From positions 15,589 to 79,588 of the forward strand of contig JACNJW010000040.1 of assembly GCA_014382365.1 (NCBI GenBank): a stretch of DNA of 64,000 nucleotides, in the 5' to 3' direction. Shown here piece by piece: positions 1-11,300 of this stretch; the first letter of the stretch is position 1, and every line of letters begins with the position of its first letter. The position numbers and the translations under genes are program-made. The notes under the pieces were generated by a model. That model ran no database searches, was not told the DNA's origin, and was given only the letters and a program-made list of their open reading frames with translations. The stretch is from SAR324 cluster bacterium. Lineage in GTDB: Bacteria > SAR324 > NAC60-12.

Positions 1-211
1 GTATATTTCCTTCAAACCATGTCTCAGCAATTTCCTCCTGTAGCCATGGATGAAGCTTCCGTTCAACATTTGCAGTAAACACATAACGTACTGCAGTAGT
101 TTGCAGGCTCAGTGGTTTTTCTTCAGCAGCAATTCCAGCAGGCAATAATATTATTGTTATGCATGCATGCAAAAAAAGCACATTCAAAATTTTTGTGATT
201 AAATTAGTCAT
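1..211 (-). CDS. Partial CDS (N-terminal ~70 aa; the gene continues beyond the window start) encoding a secreted hypothetical protein. Translation is MTNLITKILNVLFLHACITIILLPAGIAAEE..., a signal-peptide-like N-terminus. It is the last visible member of the minus-strand array downstream of the 722-aa OMP gene.
   Basis: Manual reverse-complement translation of 1-211 gives an ATG at 209-211 (minus) and an open frame to the window edge with no stops. The start is 6 nt downstream of the upstream gene's stop, and the N-terminus is hydrophobic. The ORF track omits it because it is truncated. Confidence 0.4.
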   Translation of the reverse strand, partial: MTNLITKILNVLFLHACITIILLPAGIAAEEKPLSLQTTAVRYVFTANVERKLHPWLQEEIAETWFEGNI

Positions 212-217
212 AATGCT

Positions 218-2296
218 CTAAAAAAATATACCAAATCCTAATAATACTCGTGTAAGATTTTTTGCACTGGACCAGCGCTCATTAACTGTTGAACGCTGAT
301 TCGGATTTACGGGAATACTAGACTCCTGATAACTGTCTTTATAATAAAAATAAATTGTTGGCTGCAGTGCAAATTGAAAGTAGTAATTTTCCAGGCCCTG
401 CCAACCAGCATCAAGAACTGCAAACAGTCCGTATGCTTTTGCTGAATGCAGATAATCTGTAGCTGTTGAATTAAAGTCCTCCGACTCACCGGAAATGCTG
501 GCAGTTGCACTGGCATCTTTCCCCTGATACTTCAAAGTTGCATAACCGAGACCACCTCCTGCTCCGTAATAAAAACCCTCTGTAATTCCCCAGACAATCG
601 ACTCATCGACAAACCAGCGGTAAGTTGCTGATAATATTGACCGGTTGATTTCCAACGAGTTTCCGGATCCACTTTTTGCAATACTTTGCATTGCAGTACT
701 CTCTTCAGTCAAACGAAGTGCCTTAAAAGTATTGCCAATCTGCGGCCCTGTCAGTTCAAGAGCATAATGTAATTGCACATTATGATCTAGATTATAATCA
801 TAAAAAGTAACAAGACCATTCAATCCCGAAAATGATAGTCCTATTCCAAGTCCACGATACTCAGAAATACGCCAGTCGGAGGCCTTCCGGATTTTATCAG
901 CTTTTGATTCTGCCGTTTTCAGACTGATATCAAGATTGTCTGTTTTTTCTGCAGTGGATAAAACCTGTTTATTATATTGTTCAATAGAAAAATTTTCTAA
1001 GCCTGCTTTTATCTTACTTTTAATTATTTTCTTCTTCTTTTTCCCACCCGGATCCTGTATTGAAACACTTGCTATAGGCCCCTTTAATCTACGCTCTGCA
1101 TCATCCTGAAACCAGAATTTTTGTTGTGTGAAAACCAAAAAGTGACTTGCATCTGGAGGTATCACTGTACTTTCAGGAAACTTATAACTTAATTTCCGGC
1201 CTGCTTCACCTGCAGACTTTACCTGCAGGTCCTGATCCATTTTTGATAATGTTGAAACTTGAATTTCTTTTTCAGTCAATCCATCTCTAAATTTATTAAT
1301 TTCAAACTGAGTAATTGCTGCAACACTTTCCAAACGAGATAATTCATCTTTACCCCAAAAAAATAAATAATGACTGGAATCCGATTCTTCTTCAGGTCTG
1401 ATAAAAGAGATAGTACCAGCAATCATCCCTAAATCAGCAGGTTCTTTTTTAAAGAACATATTTTGTGTCTGCTCCTGTTCATGCTGTATTTCACTCTCAA
1501 GTTCTGTTGAAACTCCTTGACTCATTTGTCCTTCTGCATTTCTACTGAAGACAAGCAGATGAGTTGCTTCCGGAGGTAACAACATGTCTATTTCATGCTG
1601 CAATGGGGTTAACTGCCAGGGTGCTTGAAGTTGAGTACTCAGACTGCTGAACCAGTAACGCTTTTCAATCACTAATACCGGAGAATGTGCCCTTAAAACG
1701 GTGTCATTGCTACTGCCCCAGTATACAGTATAATGACTCACATCACGCTCATCCCAGGCACGTGTAATTTTAATTACACCCTTAACACGGTTGCCTTCTT
1801 TTGCAGTTTGTTCAAAAACAATAGCCTGGGGTTTACTCTGGGGTACTCCTTTATCAACCAGACTAAGACTGTATTTTTCCGTCTCTTCTCCATTTTGATA
1901 ACGGACATAAAGCAAAAAGTGAGTAGCACCTTGAGGAATTCTAGTATCTTTAAACTGAATTTTCATCCGGCTTCCAGACTCAGCTACAGGCAAAACTACA
2001 ATTGGCAGGAACATACCCAGGCGCTGATGGGGATTATTTCCCCAATACAAAACATATTTTTCTACTTGTTCAGATTTTTTTGCAGAAACAATCTCATCTG
2101 TAACTGTAAAAATCAAATCACCTCTGAGCCAACCTCCTCTTGAATCGTTGTCAGAAAATTCCAAAACTCCATTTACAGCTGCAGCTACAACTCCGTGAAA
2201 AAACACTAGCACAAACAGCAGGATTATTTTTATTTTCCAGGAAAGTACTGTTCTACGTTCCCGCTTTCTCCTATGATCAGGAGCAGTGAAAAACAT
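218..2296 (-). CDS. Outer-membrane beta-barrel protein (~693 aa from Met31; the ORF-track start at 2386 gives 722 aa). The signal peptide is MFFTAPDHRRKRERRTVLSWKIKIILLFVLVFFHGVVAAA. Three tandem ~95-aa beta-rich modules share the signature sHY-V-YWG ... P-ATHhLVF. A poly-Lys linker (GGKKKKKIIKSKIK) follows, then a ~270-aa C-terminal domain with alternating hydrophobic residues that ends ...LLGFGIFF (terminal Phe).
   Basis: ORF 218..2386 (-). The internal Met at 2294-2296 gives a canonical signal peptide and removes the 86-nt overlap with the giant-gene stop at 2301-2303. A C-terminal aromatic or Phe residue is the classical OMP beta-barrel signature. The repeated modules were seen by self-comparison of the translation. 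It is co-directional and contiguous with the giant gene. Confidence 0.7.
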   Translation of the reverse strand: MFFTAPDHRRKRERRTVLSWKIKIILLFVLVFFHGVVAAAVNGVLEFSDNDSRGGWLRGDLIFTVTDEIVSAKKSEQVEKYVLYWGNNPHQRLGMFLPIVVLPVAESGSRMKIQFKDTRIPQGATHFLLYVRYQNGEETEKYSLSLVDKGVPQSKPQAIVFEQTAKEGNRVKGVIKITRAWDERDVSHYTVYWGSSNDTVLRAHSPVLVIEKRYWFSSLSTQLQAPWQLTPLQHEIDMLLPPEATHLLVFSRNAEGQMSQGVSTELESEIQHEQEQTQNMFFKKEPADLGMIAGTISFIRPEEESDSSHYLFFWGKDELSRLESVAAITQFEINKFRDGLTEKEIQVSTLSKMDQDLQVKSAGEAGRKLSYKFPESTVIPPDASHFLVFTQQKFWFQDDAERRLKGPIASVSIQDPGGKKKKKIIKSKIKAGLENFSIEQYNKQVLSTAEKTDNLDISLKTAESKADKIRKASDWRISEYRGLGIGLSFSGLNGLVTFYDYNLDHNVQLHYALELTGPQIGNTFKALRLTEESTAMQSIAKSGSGNSLEINRSILSATYRWFVDESIVWGITEGFYYGAGGGLGYATLKYQGKDASATASISGESEDFNSTATDYLHSAKAYGLFAVLDAGWQGLENYYFQFALQPTIYFYYKDSYQESSIPVNPNQRSTVNERWSSAKNLTRVLLGFGIFF

Positions 2297-2300
2297 AGTT

Positions 2301-5300
2301 CTAAAATGCAGGAGGTTCTGCAAACGAAAGACTAGTCGGGACTCCGCTGATGCTGAGGCGCACCCAATAGCCCTGACCTTTCTCAACAGAACTGAACGTA
2401 CTGTAGCCTTTTGTAGTCAATTCCAGAGCAACTGATGTTTTTGGAGAATATGCCAGCCACTTGCTGCTCGCATCATCCCATTTCCAAATAGAGTGAACCC
2501 GGTCATACGATCCAGAATAGTCAAAAGTTGAAGATGTTGAATCACCCTGCGGCGGTGCACATGCTACAACCAGCGTTATCAATGCTGCAATTGGAATCAA
2601 TTGCCAGACAGGAATCCTATGCAGCTTATGTTGTGCAAGAGAGGTGCTTTTAAGCTGTACTTGTCTACGGTACACCATCAAACTAACCGAAGTTAACAGC
2701 AGCACAACCAGCAAAAGCATAGTTCTGGAATTTTGCCCGAGTTCATTTGCCGCAACTAGATAATCATTACCAACATAATTTAATCCGGACGGCGGCCCAT
2801 TTCCTCCGGAATTATCTAAAAGTCCCAAAGTATTGGATTCATCTTCTGACGTTTGATCAAAATTTGCGGCCTGTGTTATTTCTGCAACAGAAATCTTTTT
2901 TGCAGTTCCGGCCAAATTCCATTCTGAGTTCATGCTGCTCAATTGTGGTAAAGCAGTATAGCCTCCATAATTTGCAACTTCGAAATTTGCGGGATTGACC
3001 GGTGAATTCAGTTCAATCCAAAATCCTTCTCCGGCCTCAATCGTTGAGTTTAATTCAGTATAACCTTTGTCTGTATAAACAGTTTTGTTATCACTGCTGG
3101 TATAAAACTGCCATGCACCACTCCGGCGCACCCAGACAGCTTTGTAAGAACTGAATTGACTTTCAAAACTGGCAGGAGCTATTGATGTATAAGCCGGTAG
3201 CGAAACCAGATTACGGGAACCGCTCATTGTTATTGAAGCAGGAATGCTGCTGACAGATACAGTTCCGCTCAGAGCAGATGGAAGTGCATCACCAATCCTC
3301 AGTTCTGCAGTTCCTGAAGTTAAGCTCACATTAGTTGTATTGTCATAAGCGTTTTCCAGCACGAGAGTTGCTCCAGAAGATGCCGACTGGACATAAACCG
3401 GTTTTCCTGATGTTGTGTCAACACCAATCCACTGTCCGCTTGTCGCATATTCAGAAGATACACCACTACGTTGAGATGTCCGGAGTGAAAAACTACGTTT
3501 GGAGATATTTCGCGAACTGCCAGAAGTTGTCAACGGAATAGTTACAACCAGTTTTCCGGATTCCTGACTGACAGTTCCGCCGGCACCTACTCCAGGAAAA
3601 ATCTGCTTTGCATTCGTTGAAACAGTGGTAATTGTCGGTATCATCAAACCTTCACTATTCATACTCACACTGCTGCTCATACTGGAACTTGGTGCAAATG
3701 TAGAAGTTATATTACGGTTTTTGCTAAGTAAAATTGTCGAACCAGTTGCTGCCTGAAGGGTGCTCTCGGAAACACCTGTACCCTGCACTTGAATTGCATT
3801 ATTTGTACTGCTGGTGGTACTTATGATGGTACGGCTCACGCCGTCATTACCTGTTTCTGCAGAGGAAGTGCTGACAACTTTTCCGCTCTTGATCTGCAAA
3901 TCCATACTGGTTGAGGATGTGAATGTAGTTTTGCTTGCACCGCTGTCAAAACTTGTCGATGAGGTGCCGTCGTTCAAAAGACTGGCTGCAAGAGTTCCTT
4001 CCGTAACCGACATGCTGGCGGCAACTCCGCTGCTGGTATCAATTGCGACTGTCAAACCTGCATCTGTACTTATACTTGACTTACTAGACTCTGAACTGTC
4101 TGCATTTGTTGTCCTGCCAGTACCTCCGCTCAGTGTTATCTCAGTTAAAGTAGAACCGTCCGGACTGAGCGTACTGACAACCTGAGAAGTTACACCACTG
4201 GTAGCGTCAGTAGATGCAGGCAGAGAGATGCTTGAAGTACCGTCACTTCCGATACTAACTTCAGAGCCCTTGGGCGCTTTGACATTTGCACCTGTACTTC
4301 CGGAGCTAACACCGACTGTCATTTCTCCTTCTGTGCTGATGTTGGTTGACAAAGTCGCACCGCTGTTCAGAGTCATTGCAACACTAACTGATGCATCTTT
4401 ATTCATATTAACTTCTGCACCAAGCGGTACATTGACTTTAGATTCAGTACCGTCCTTAGTTTTAATTTTACTGACAACAGTACCGTCTGTATTCATATCT
4501 AGATTCAATTCAGTTGTTCCTGTGGCCAATTTAAGTGTTTTTGAACCATCTGAATTTGTGGTTTCTGCATCCAGTGTTATATCTTTTGGATATTTCGGTT
4601 TTATTGAACCCACAGCACTTCCTATTGCTGTAACTTCCTTGACCGGTACAATCGTAACTGAAGTTGAACCATAAGATGCGGTTTTATCATCATCGATCAC
4701 TTCCAGTCCAAATAAAATAACAGTTGTATCCTCAATATCCGGAGCAGAAAAATATGCAATACTCTCGTTTTCACGTTTTACTGTAACATCTGTACGCTGA
4801 CCTACATATTTCCACTTGTAAGAAACAATACGTCCGGTTGGATCAGGGTCATAAGAAGCAGAACCATCCAGAATTACTCTTGTCTGTTCATTAACTTTTT
4901 GATCAGCACCTATTTGCACTATTGGACTCAAACCTTTTTGCAGATCATCGTTGATGTTAGTAAAAGTATATTTGAAAGCATGCTGTCTACTATCTGAAGT
5001 TGAGGAATAATTCGTGTCCGTTGATTCCGTATAGCCTACTATTCGTACTCTGACGTCATCATCTACAACTGAATCATCTTCACCGGTAATTATCAGAGTT
5101 TGAGTCTTGTTCCATGTACTTGGACTAAAAGACATTGTGTATTTGTCAAGGGTAGCTTCTGATAAATCAGAACTGTTCAAAACAACCTGCACATCACTGA
5201 CAGGACGGCTGAGTAGTTTAACCGACATAGTCGCCGTTTTTCGTTCGCCTTCAGACTCGGAAAGCATCCAGTTGGCACTGACAACGTTTCTGTACAGACC

Positions 5301-8300
5301 ATGTGCATTAAATCCATATGCACCGGTTTCTGTGAATCCGCTACAATTATCTTCACAATCAACTCCGCCGGCAGTACTGATAGTGCCTACTGTTCCAGTG
5401 GTGGTGGATAATGTAATATAAGAAATTTTGCTGTTATCAGTCATACTCAAATTAGGTTCACCATCAATTTCAAGCAACGCGATTTCGTTTCCATCAACTG
5501 AAGTCAACAGTGTATTATCAAGCATCATCAAAGCATTTCCGCTGAATTTTGATGTTTGAGCATGTGCTAGTTTAAGCGTACCACCGGTGCTGGTCAGTAT
5601 TCCATCACTAATGCTTAAAGCACTCAACAGTATCAAGTCCGCATCAGCAGTAGAAATTCCTTCTAAACTTGAATCGATGATGACAGCATTTTCCACTGTA
5701 AGGTCACTGGTTGCACTTCCCAATGTCAAAGTGAAATCATTCAGATTTAAATTTACAAAATTTGAGGCTTCATCACTGGTCAAGGTACTGCTGGCTGCAA
5801 GTTTCAAATCAGTTTGTGAAATAGTAAGAACTCCACTCGATTTGATAAAATCAGCACCTAGAACCCAGGTGCTTCCACTAAGATCCAATTTACCTGTTCC
5901 TGAAAGCTGACCTCCACCCAATGTAGAAATGTCTCCTCCTGTAGATGTTATGCCACCATCACTGATGTTCAGTGCAGCAAGGAAACTTATGTCGGCATCT
6001 CCTGAAATCAACCACTCGTCGGCATTGTCGAAAGTCATTGCAGATGTTACAGACAAATCTGTACTTGCTGAACCTAGAGTCAATGTCAAATCATTCAGTT
6101 GCAGCTGGTTAAAAGCAAGTGCTGTATCACTGCTTAAAGCTATACTATTCAACAAATTCAGCATTGCAGATGAACCGTCAAAATTACCACCGCTTTTCGT
6201 ATAATCTGCACTGAGACTGAGAGTACTTGCTCCTAAGTCAAATTCAAATGTTCCGGACTGAGTACCTCCATTGCGGAAAAGCAGTGTGCCTCCAGTTGAG
6301 CTTAATTTCCCATCTGCAAGTGTCACATTACCCTCAACAGTCAAATCTGCATCTCCTGTCTTCAATAATCCATTTGCTGTTGTTAAAGCCAAGTTTCCAC
6401 TGAGAGTTAAATCACTTGATTCCGAACCCAGTGTGAGCGTATTTGCACCTAACTCAATTGTATTAACGGAAAGTAAGTTGTTGTTGGTTATTTTTAAACT
6501 ACTGAGTACTGTTAAAGATGAATCTGAGGTTTCCAGAGTTCCACCTGTTTTAAACAAATCTGCATTTAAATTCAGCAAACTATTGCTGATATTCAACAAC
6601 CCTCCAGTTTGAGATACTCCACCATTAAATATTAAGGTGCCCCCTGTTGAGTCAAGCCCTCCGTTAGCTACACTCAGTAATCCTTGAAGCTTCAAATCTG
6701 CTGAATTTGTACGTATTTGCTCATCTGCAGAATCCAATGTTGTTGGATCACTAACCGTCAAATCAGTTGTCTCAGAGCCGAGTGTAAGTGTTTTATCATT
6801 CAAAGTAAGTGTTTTCACTGAAAGAGATGTATTGCTCGTAAACGTAAGTCTCTCAGTTAATTCCAGCGTTGTTCCAGCTTCAGTTGCAGTCAGAGTTCCG
6901 GCTGATTTAAGAAAATCTGCACCCAGTTTAAATGTACTGTCTGTCAGATCCAGACTTCCTCCGGATTGCTCTCCACCTTTTGCAAATGAAATAATTCCTT
7001 TAGTTGAAGAAATAAGTCCATCCTGCATGACAAAACCACCCTGCAGGTTTAAATCTGCAGGACCTGTTACGAGTTGTGCATTTGAATCATCAAACGTAAT
7101 GTTATCTGAAACAGTCAAATCACTACTTTCAGTCAGCAAAGTTAGGAGCTTGTTATTTAATACAAGCGATTGTGTCTCAACTGCTGTATCGCTTGAATAA
7201 TTTGTATTTTCACTCAAACTCCAGGAAACATTGTCGAGTGACATTGCACCACCTGTTTTTGTCAAAGCCCCTTGAGTTTCCCATTGATTATTCTCAAATA
7301 CCAGAGTAGCACCTGCATCAACTTTTATTTGCGCATTATTCCATTTGCTACTGGAGGACTGAAATGTTACAGATTCTTGTGCATCCAGCAAATTGTTTTC
7401 AGAATAATCAAAATTTCCGCTGACTTTTGTTCCTGCAGAATTTAATACAAATTGACTTTCATCTTCAAATGTTACAGTTCCGCCAAAAGTCAACTGACCG
7501 CTGTCTCCGGATACTGTCAGCACTTTTTGGCTGGGTACTGAAAAAGAGTTCGGCGTATTTAGCTCAGTCAATACAGACAATTCAAGATTTATATTACCTT
7601 TTTGATCAAGTTGCTCTACTACTATTTTTGCAGAGCTTTGCAATATACTGTCGTCTCCTTCACAGCTAGAATCTGCACTCACATCAACAACCAACACTTT
7701 GTCGTTTTCTACAAGGCCATCACTTGGATCAATGCCAAGATGTGAGAGTGTAGTTGCATCATCTGCAAGTTTTAGAATTCCGCCATCCTTATTCAGGCGG
7801 ATTGAATTATTATCCCAACTCGAAAAACGTCCTCCACCCTGCAAGGCGAGACTCAGGTCATTAACTTCGAGTGGGATACTACCCTCATAAGTCAAAACTT
7901 TATCCGGTGCAATAAAAATTGTGGAATTAGTAAGATGTTGAATTTTGCCGTTAATTGTAACGTTTTCAGTGACGCACATTACTCCGCCGTTTAAATTAAT
8001 GTTGGCAGTCATTGACCTGTTGAAATTCATGGTCCCGCTTACATTAAAAGTCAGTCCTCCTCCAACATCGAAAACGGTGCTGCCAGTCATTACTATTTGA
8101 TCTTTAAAATTGATATCTATCTCGTTCTCAACCTTCACATTTACATCCTGCAGCGTTAAAATGACGTCGTTCGGCTGAGTCACTTCTGTTACCAAGAGCC
8201 AGCCTCCGTTGCCGTCACCCATTATTTTTGCAGTAGAATAGACGTTTAAATTTTCAACATTCAGTTCAAACGACTCGTTAGTGAAGCTCAAACCCACGTC

Positions 8301-11300
8301 TGCCAATAAGTTCAGATTGGTAATTTTTGCATTAGCACTTTCAACACGTATTCCCTTTCCAGCCGTACTGTTTGCAGTTACTTCAATGAGAGCGATTGTA
8401 ATGTCATCTGCAAAAACCAGCAAACTGTCTGTACTACTGAGCAGAATCGAATTCGAATTCAATAAAGTTCCGCTTCCCAGCAATGTCAGTTGAAAAGTTG
8501 TGATGTCAATACTGAGACCTGAGTACTCCAGATTCACTCCCTGTGCTACATCTACAGAAGAATTACCGGAAATTAGAATGTCTGAAGCAATTTTAGTTTT
8601 GTAGTCCACATCCAGTAAACTTCCTTCTATCAATTCAAGTTTGCCATTTATCATGTTGTGATACGGCGTACCGGAACTGATAGTAGGAGCACTGAATTGA
8701 AGTGTGCCTGCCAGTTTCAGCGTGTCAGTTATACTGAGAGTACCGCCGTCTGAACCAAGAATTTCCAGTTTGTGGTCCTGCGGGATTTCAAATGTTTTTG
8801 TCAGACTTAATTGTTTGCCGTTGGCCAAATCCATGCTTGCATTGTCGGCAAGTGAAAGTTGAGTTGAAATCGTTACGTTTTCATCTACATCCAACAGACC
8901 ATTGTTGAAAATCAGTGTGCCGTTATTAAGCGTATTGTTGGTTGCATTCAGTTTCAGTGTCCCAGAAAGTGTCAGCTTATCGCTGATGTTAAGAATTCCA
9001 CCACCGGAACCTTGTAATTCCAACACCTTATTCATTGGAACTTCTACGCTGTCTGTCAGCGTTAAACTAATTGAGTTAGCAATATCTATTCTTGTTGATT
9101 TTACTGGCGATATTGTATTGATGGTAACGTTTTGTATCACATCAATAGATCCTTCAATCAAGTCTTCCGCAACAGCAACTTTTTCAACTTTCGCTATTCC
9201 ATCAAGTTTCAAGACACTTGCTGCATTATTAAGAGACAGCTCAGTTGAATTATTGAAACTCCCTCCTCCTGACATTGTCAAAGTGAGTGCACCGATTTCT
9301 AAATCACTTCCGAAATAACTCAGTATTTTGTCCGCGGAAACATCTATCGTGGAATTTAATAGATGTGTAATGTCTGAAGAAACTGTTGTGTTTTCAGAAC
9401 TTGTCAATGTACCTCCGTTCAGGGCCAGAGTTCCGTTATCTAGAGAAGAATCAGGTGCGTTAAACTTAATTTCACCTGACAAAGTCAACGTATCGCTTAT
9501 GCCCAGCGAGCCACTGCCGGAACCAATCAGTTCCATGGTTGTTGCTTCCGGAATCTCAAAAGTATTCTCTAAGGTCAAGCGGACTCCAGAAGCAATGTCC
9601 AGACGGGAGGAAACGTTTTGCGTTAAAGTCTCGATAAGTGAGTCACCAGTCACACTCAATTTTCCAGTTGACAATTCTTCAGGAAAAGAGACCCTGGAGA
9701 CTTCAACTCCATTCAACACCAGAACGCTGAGAGGGTCATCAAGAGCAATATCTTTTATGTTTTCGATCTTACCTTCTCCGGATAGAGTTAAGGCTAATGC
9801 GCCCACATTTGGAGAGTCTCCGGTATATTTCAGAGTTTTGTCAGCAAACACACTAATCGCTGAATCCATCAAATGAGTAATCTTAGAGTTGATAATTGCA
9901 TTCTCAGAAATTGACAGAGTTCCACCGTTGAGCGCTAATGTACCGTCAGACAAAGTATCTGGAGCACTGAATTTAAGTATTCCGGAAAGAGTCAGTTGAT
10001 CTCCCAAAACCAGGGTTCCATTATCAGCACCAACAAGCTCCATTGATTTATTTTGTGGTACTTCAAACAAATTCTGCACAGTCAGCGTGGTATCATTTGA
10101 GATATCAAAGCGTGAAGAACCTGTGTGCGACAGAGTCTGAATGAGAGTGTCATTGTCAACACTGAGCATTCCACTGGTTAATTCTCCGGTCACTGCAACT
10201 TTTGAAATTTGATTGATTCCTTTCAAGACCAATTGACTCGATGCATCATTCAAAGTGATTGCATTTTCATTTGTTATGGTTCCGCTTCCGGAAAGTGTCA
10301 GTGTAAAGGCACCTATTTTAGGTGTGTTTCCGGAATATGTTAATGTTTTGTCTGCAGCCACTGCAATGCTGCTGCTGCTCAACTGAGTTATTGTTGCTGC
10401 GATATTTGTATTCTCTAACACATCTAGCAGACCACCGTTAAGTCCAAGAACTCCGCTGGTGAGCGAATAACCGGCTGAACTTATTTTAAGATTTCCGGAA
10501 AGTTTAAGTGCATCAGGCAAATATATTGTCCTTCCTGCTCCGGAACCCAATAGTTCCATGAATTTTCCTGCTGGAATTTCAAACGGATTTGTCAGAGTCA
10601 GGTTATTTCCTTCATCAAGCTCAATACTGAACGATGCAGATTGTGTCAGTGAATCGATTGTAGAGTTTTCAGCAACATTTATCACCCCATCACTCAACTC
10701 AGTTTTAACAGCAACTTTTGAAATTTTGATTCCATCCAACTGGAGTTTGCTTTGAGCATGATTGAGACTGAGATTATTTGTATTATTGAAAGTCCCGCCG
10801 CCTGAAAATATTAATTTAAAGGCTTCAAGATTAAATTCCTGACCTGTGTAATTTATCGATTTACCCGTAGCAATTTCAATTGTAGCATTTGCACTATGAA
10901 CCATATTTGATTCGATTGTCAGATTTTCATCTACATCAAATTTTCCCCCACTCAGGAAAACCGTGCCGCCGCTTAAGACTCCGGATACGGGAAACTTAAG
11001 CGTGCCGCTGAGAGTCAAATTATCACCAATAGCAAGGGTTCCACCTGCACCGACAAACTGCATGACCTTTGTTTGAGGGATTTCAAAACCATTGGAAATA
11101 CTCAGGGTTTTTCCTGATAAAATATCTACAACTGATGATCCTGAATGCAGCAGGTTTTGGACTCCTGCATTATTTACAACCTCAAGTTTTCCCGTAGTGA
11201 GTGTAAGCGGAACCGAAACATTTGCGACAGCAGATATTCCATCCAACTTCAGGATGCTTACCGGATCATCTAAAACCAGCTGATCCTGATTGGCAAAAGT

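Noticed and set aside
307-2143. ORFs 307-516 (-) and 1733-2143 (+) nested in the 722-aa OMP gene.
   Set aside because: They are short and fall in alternative frames inside a well-supported longer gene, with no motifs.
2386-2386. ORF-track start of the 722-aa OMP gene at 2386, overlapping the giant gene by 86 nt.
   Set aside because: The internal Met at 2294-2296 yields a canonical signal peptide and removes the overlap. The upstream 30 residues (MRKVRAIGCASASAESRLVFRLQNLLHFRT) are not signal-like. The longer form is kept only as an alternative.
2559-2678. Calling the last 125 codons of the giant ORF a separate small lipoprotein gene (MVYRRQ...LVVAC...).
   Set aside because: There is no intervening stop codon and no recognisable RBS. 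As the sequence stands it is part of the giant ORF, so it is reported as a finding rather than as a separate feature.
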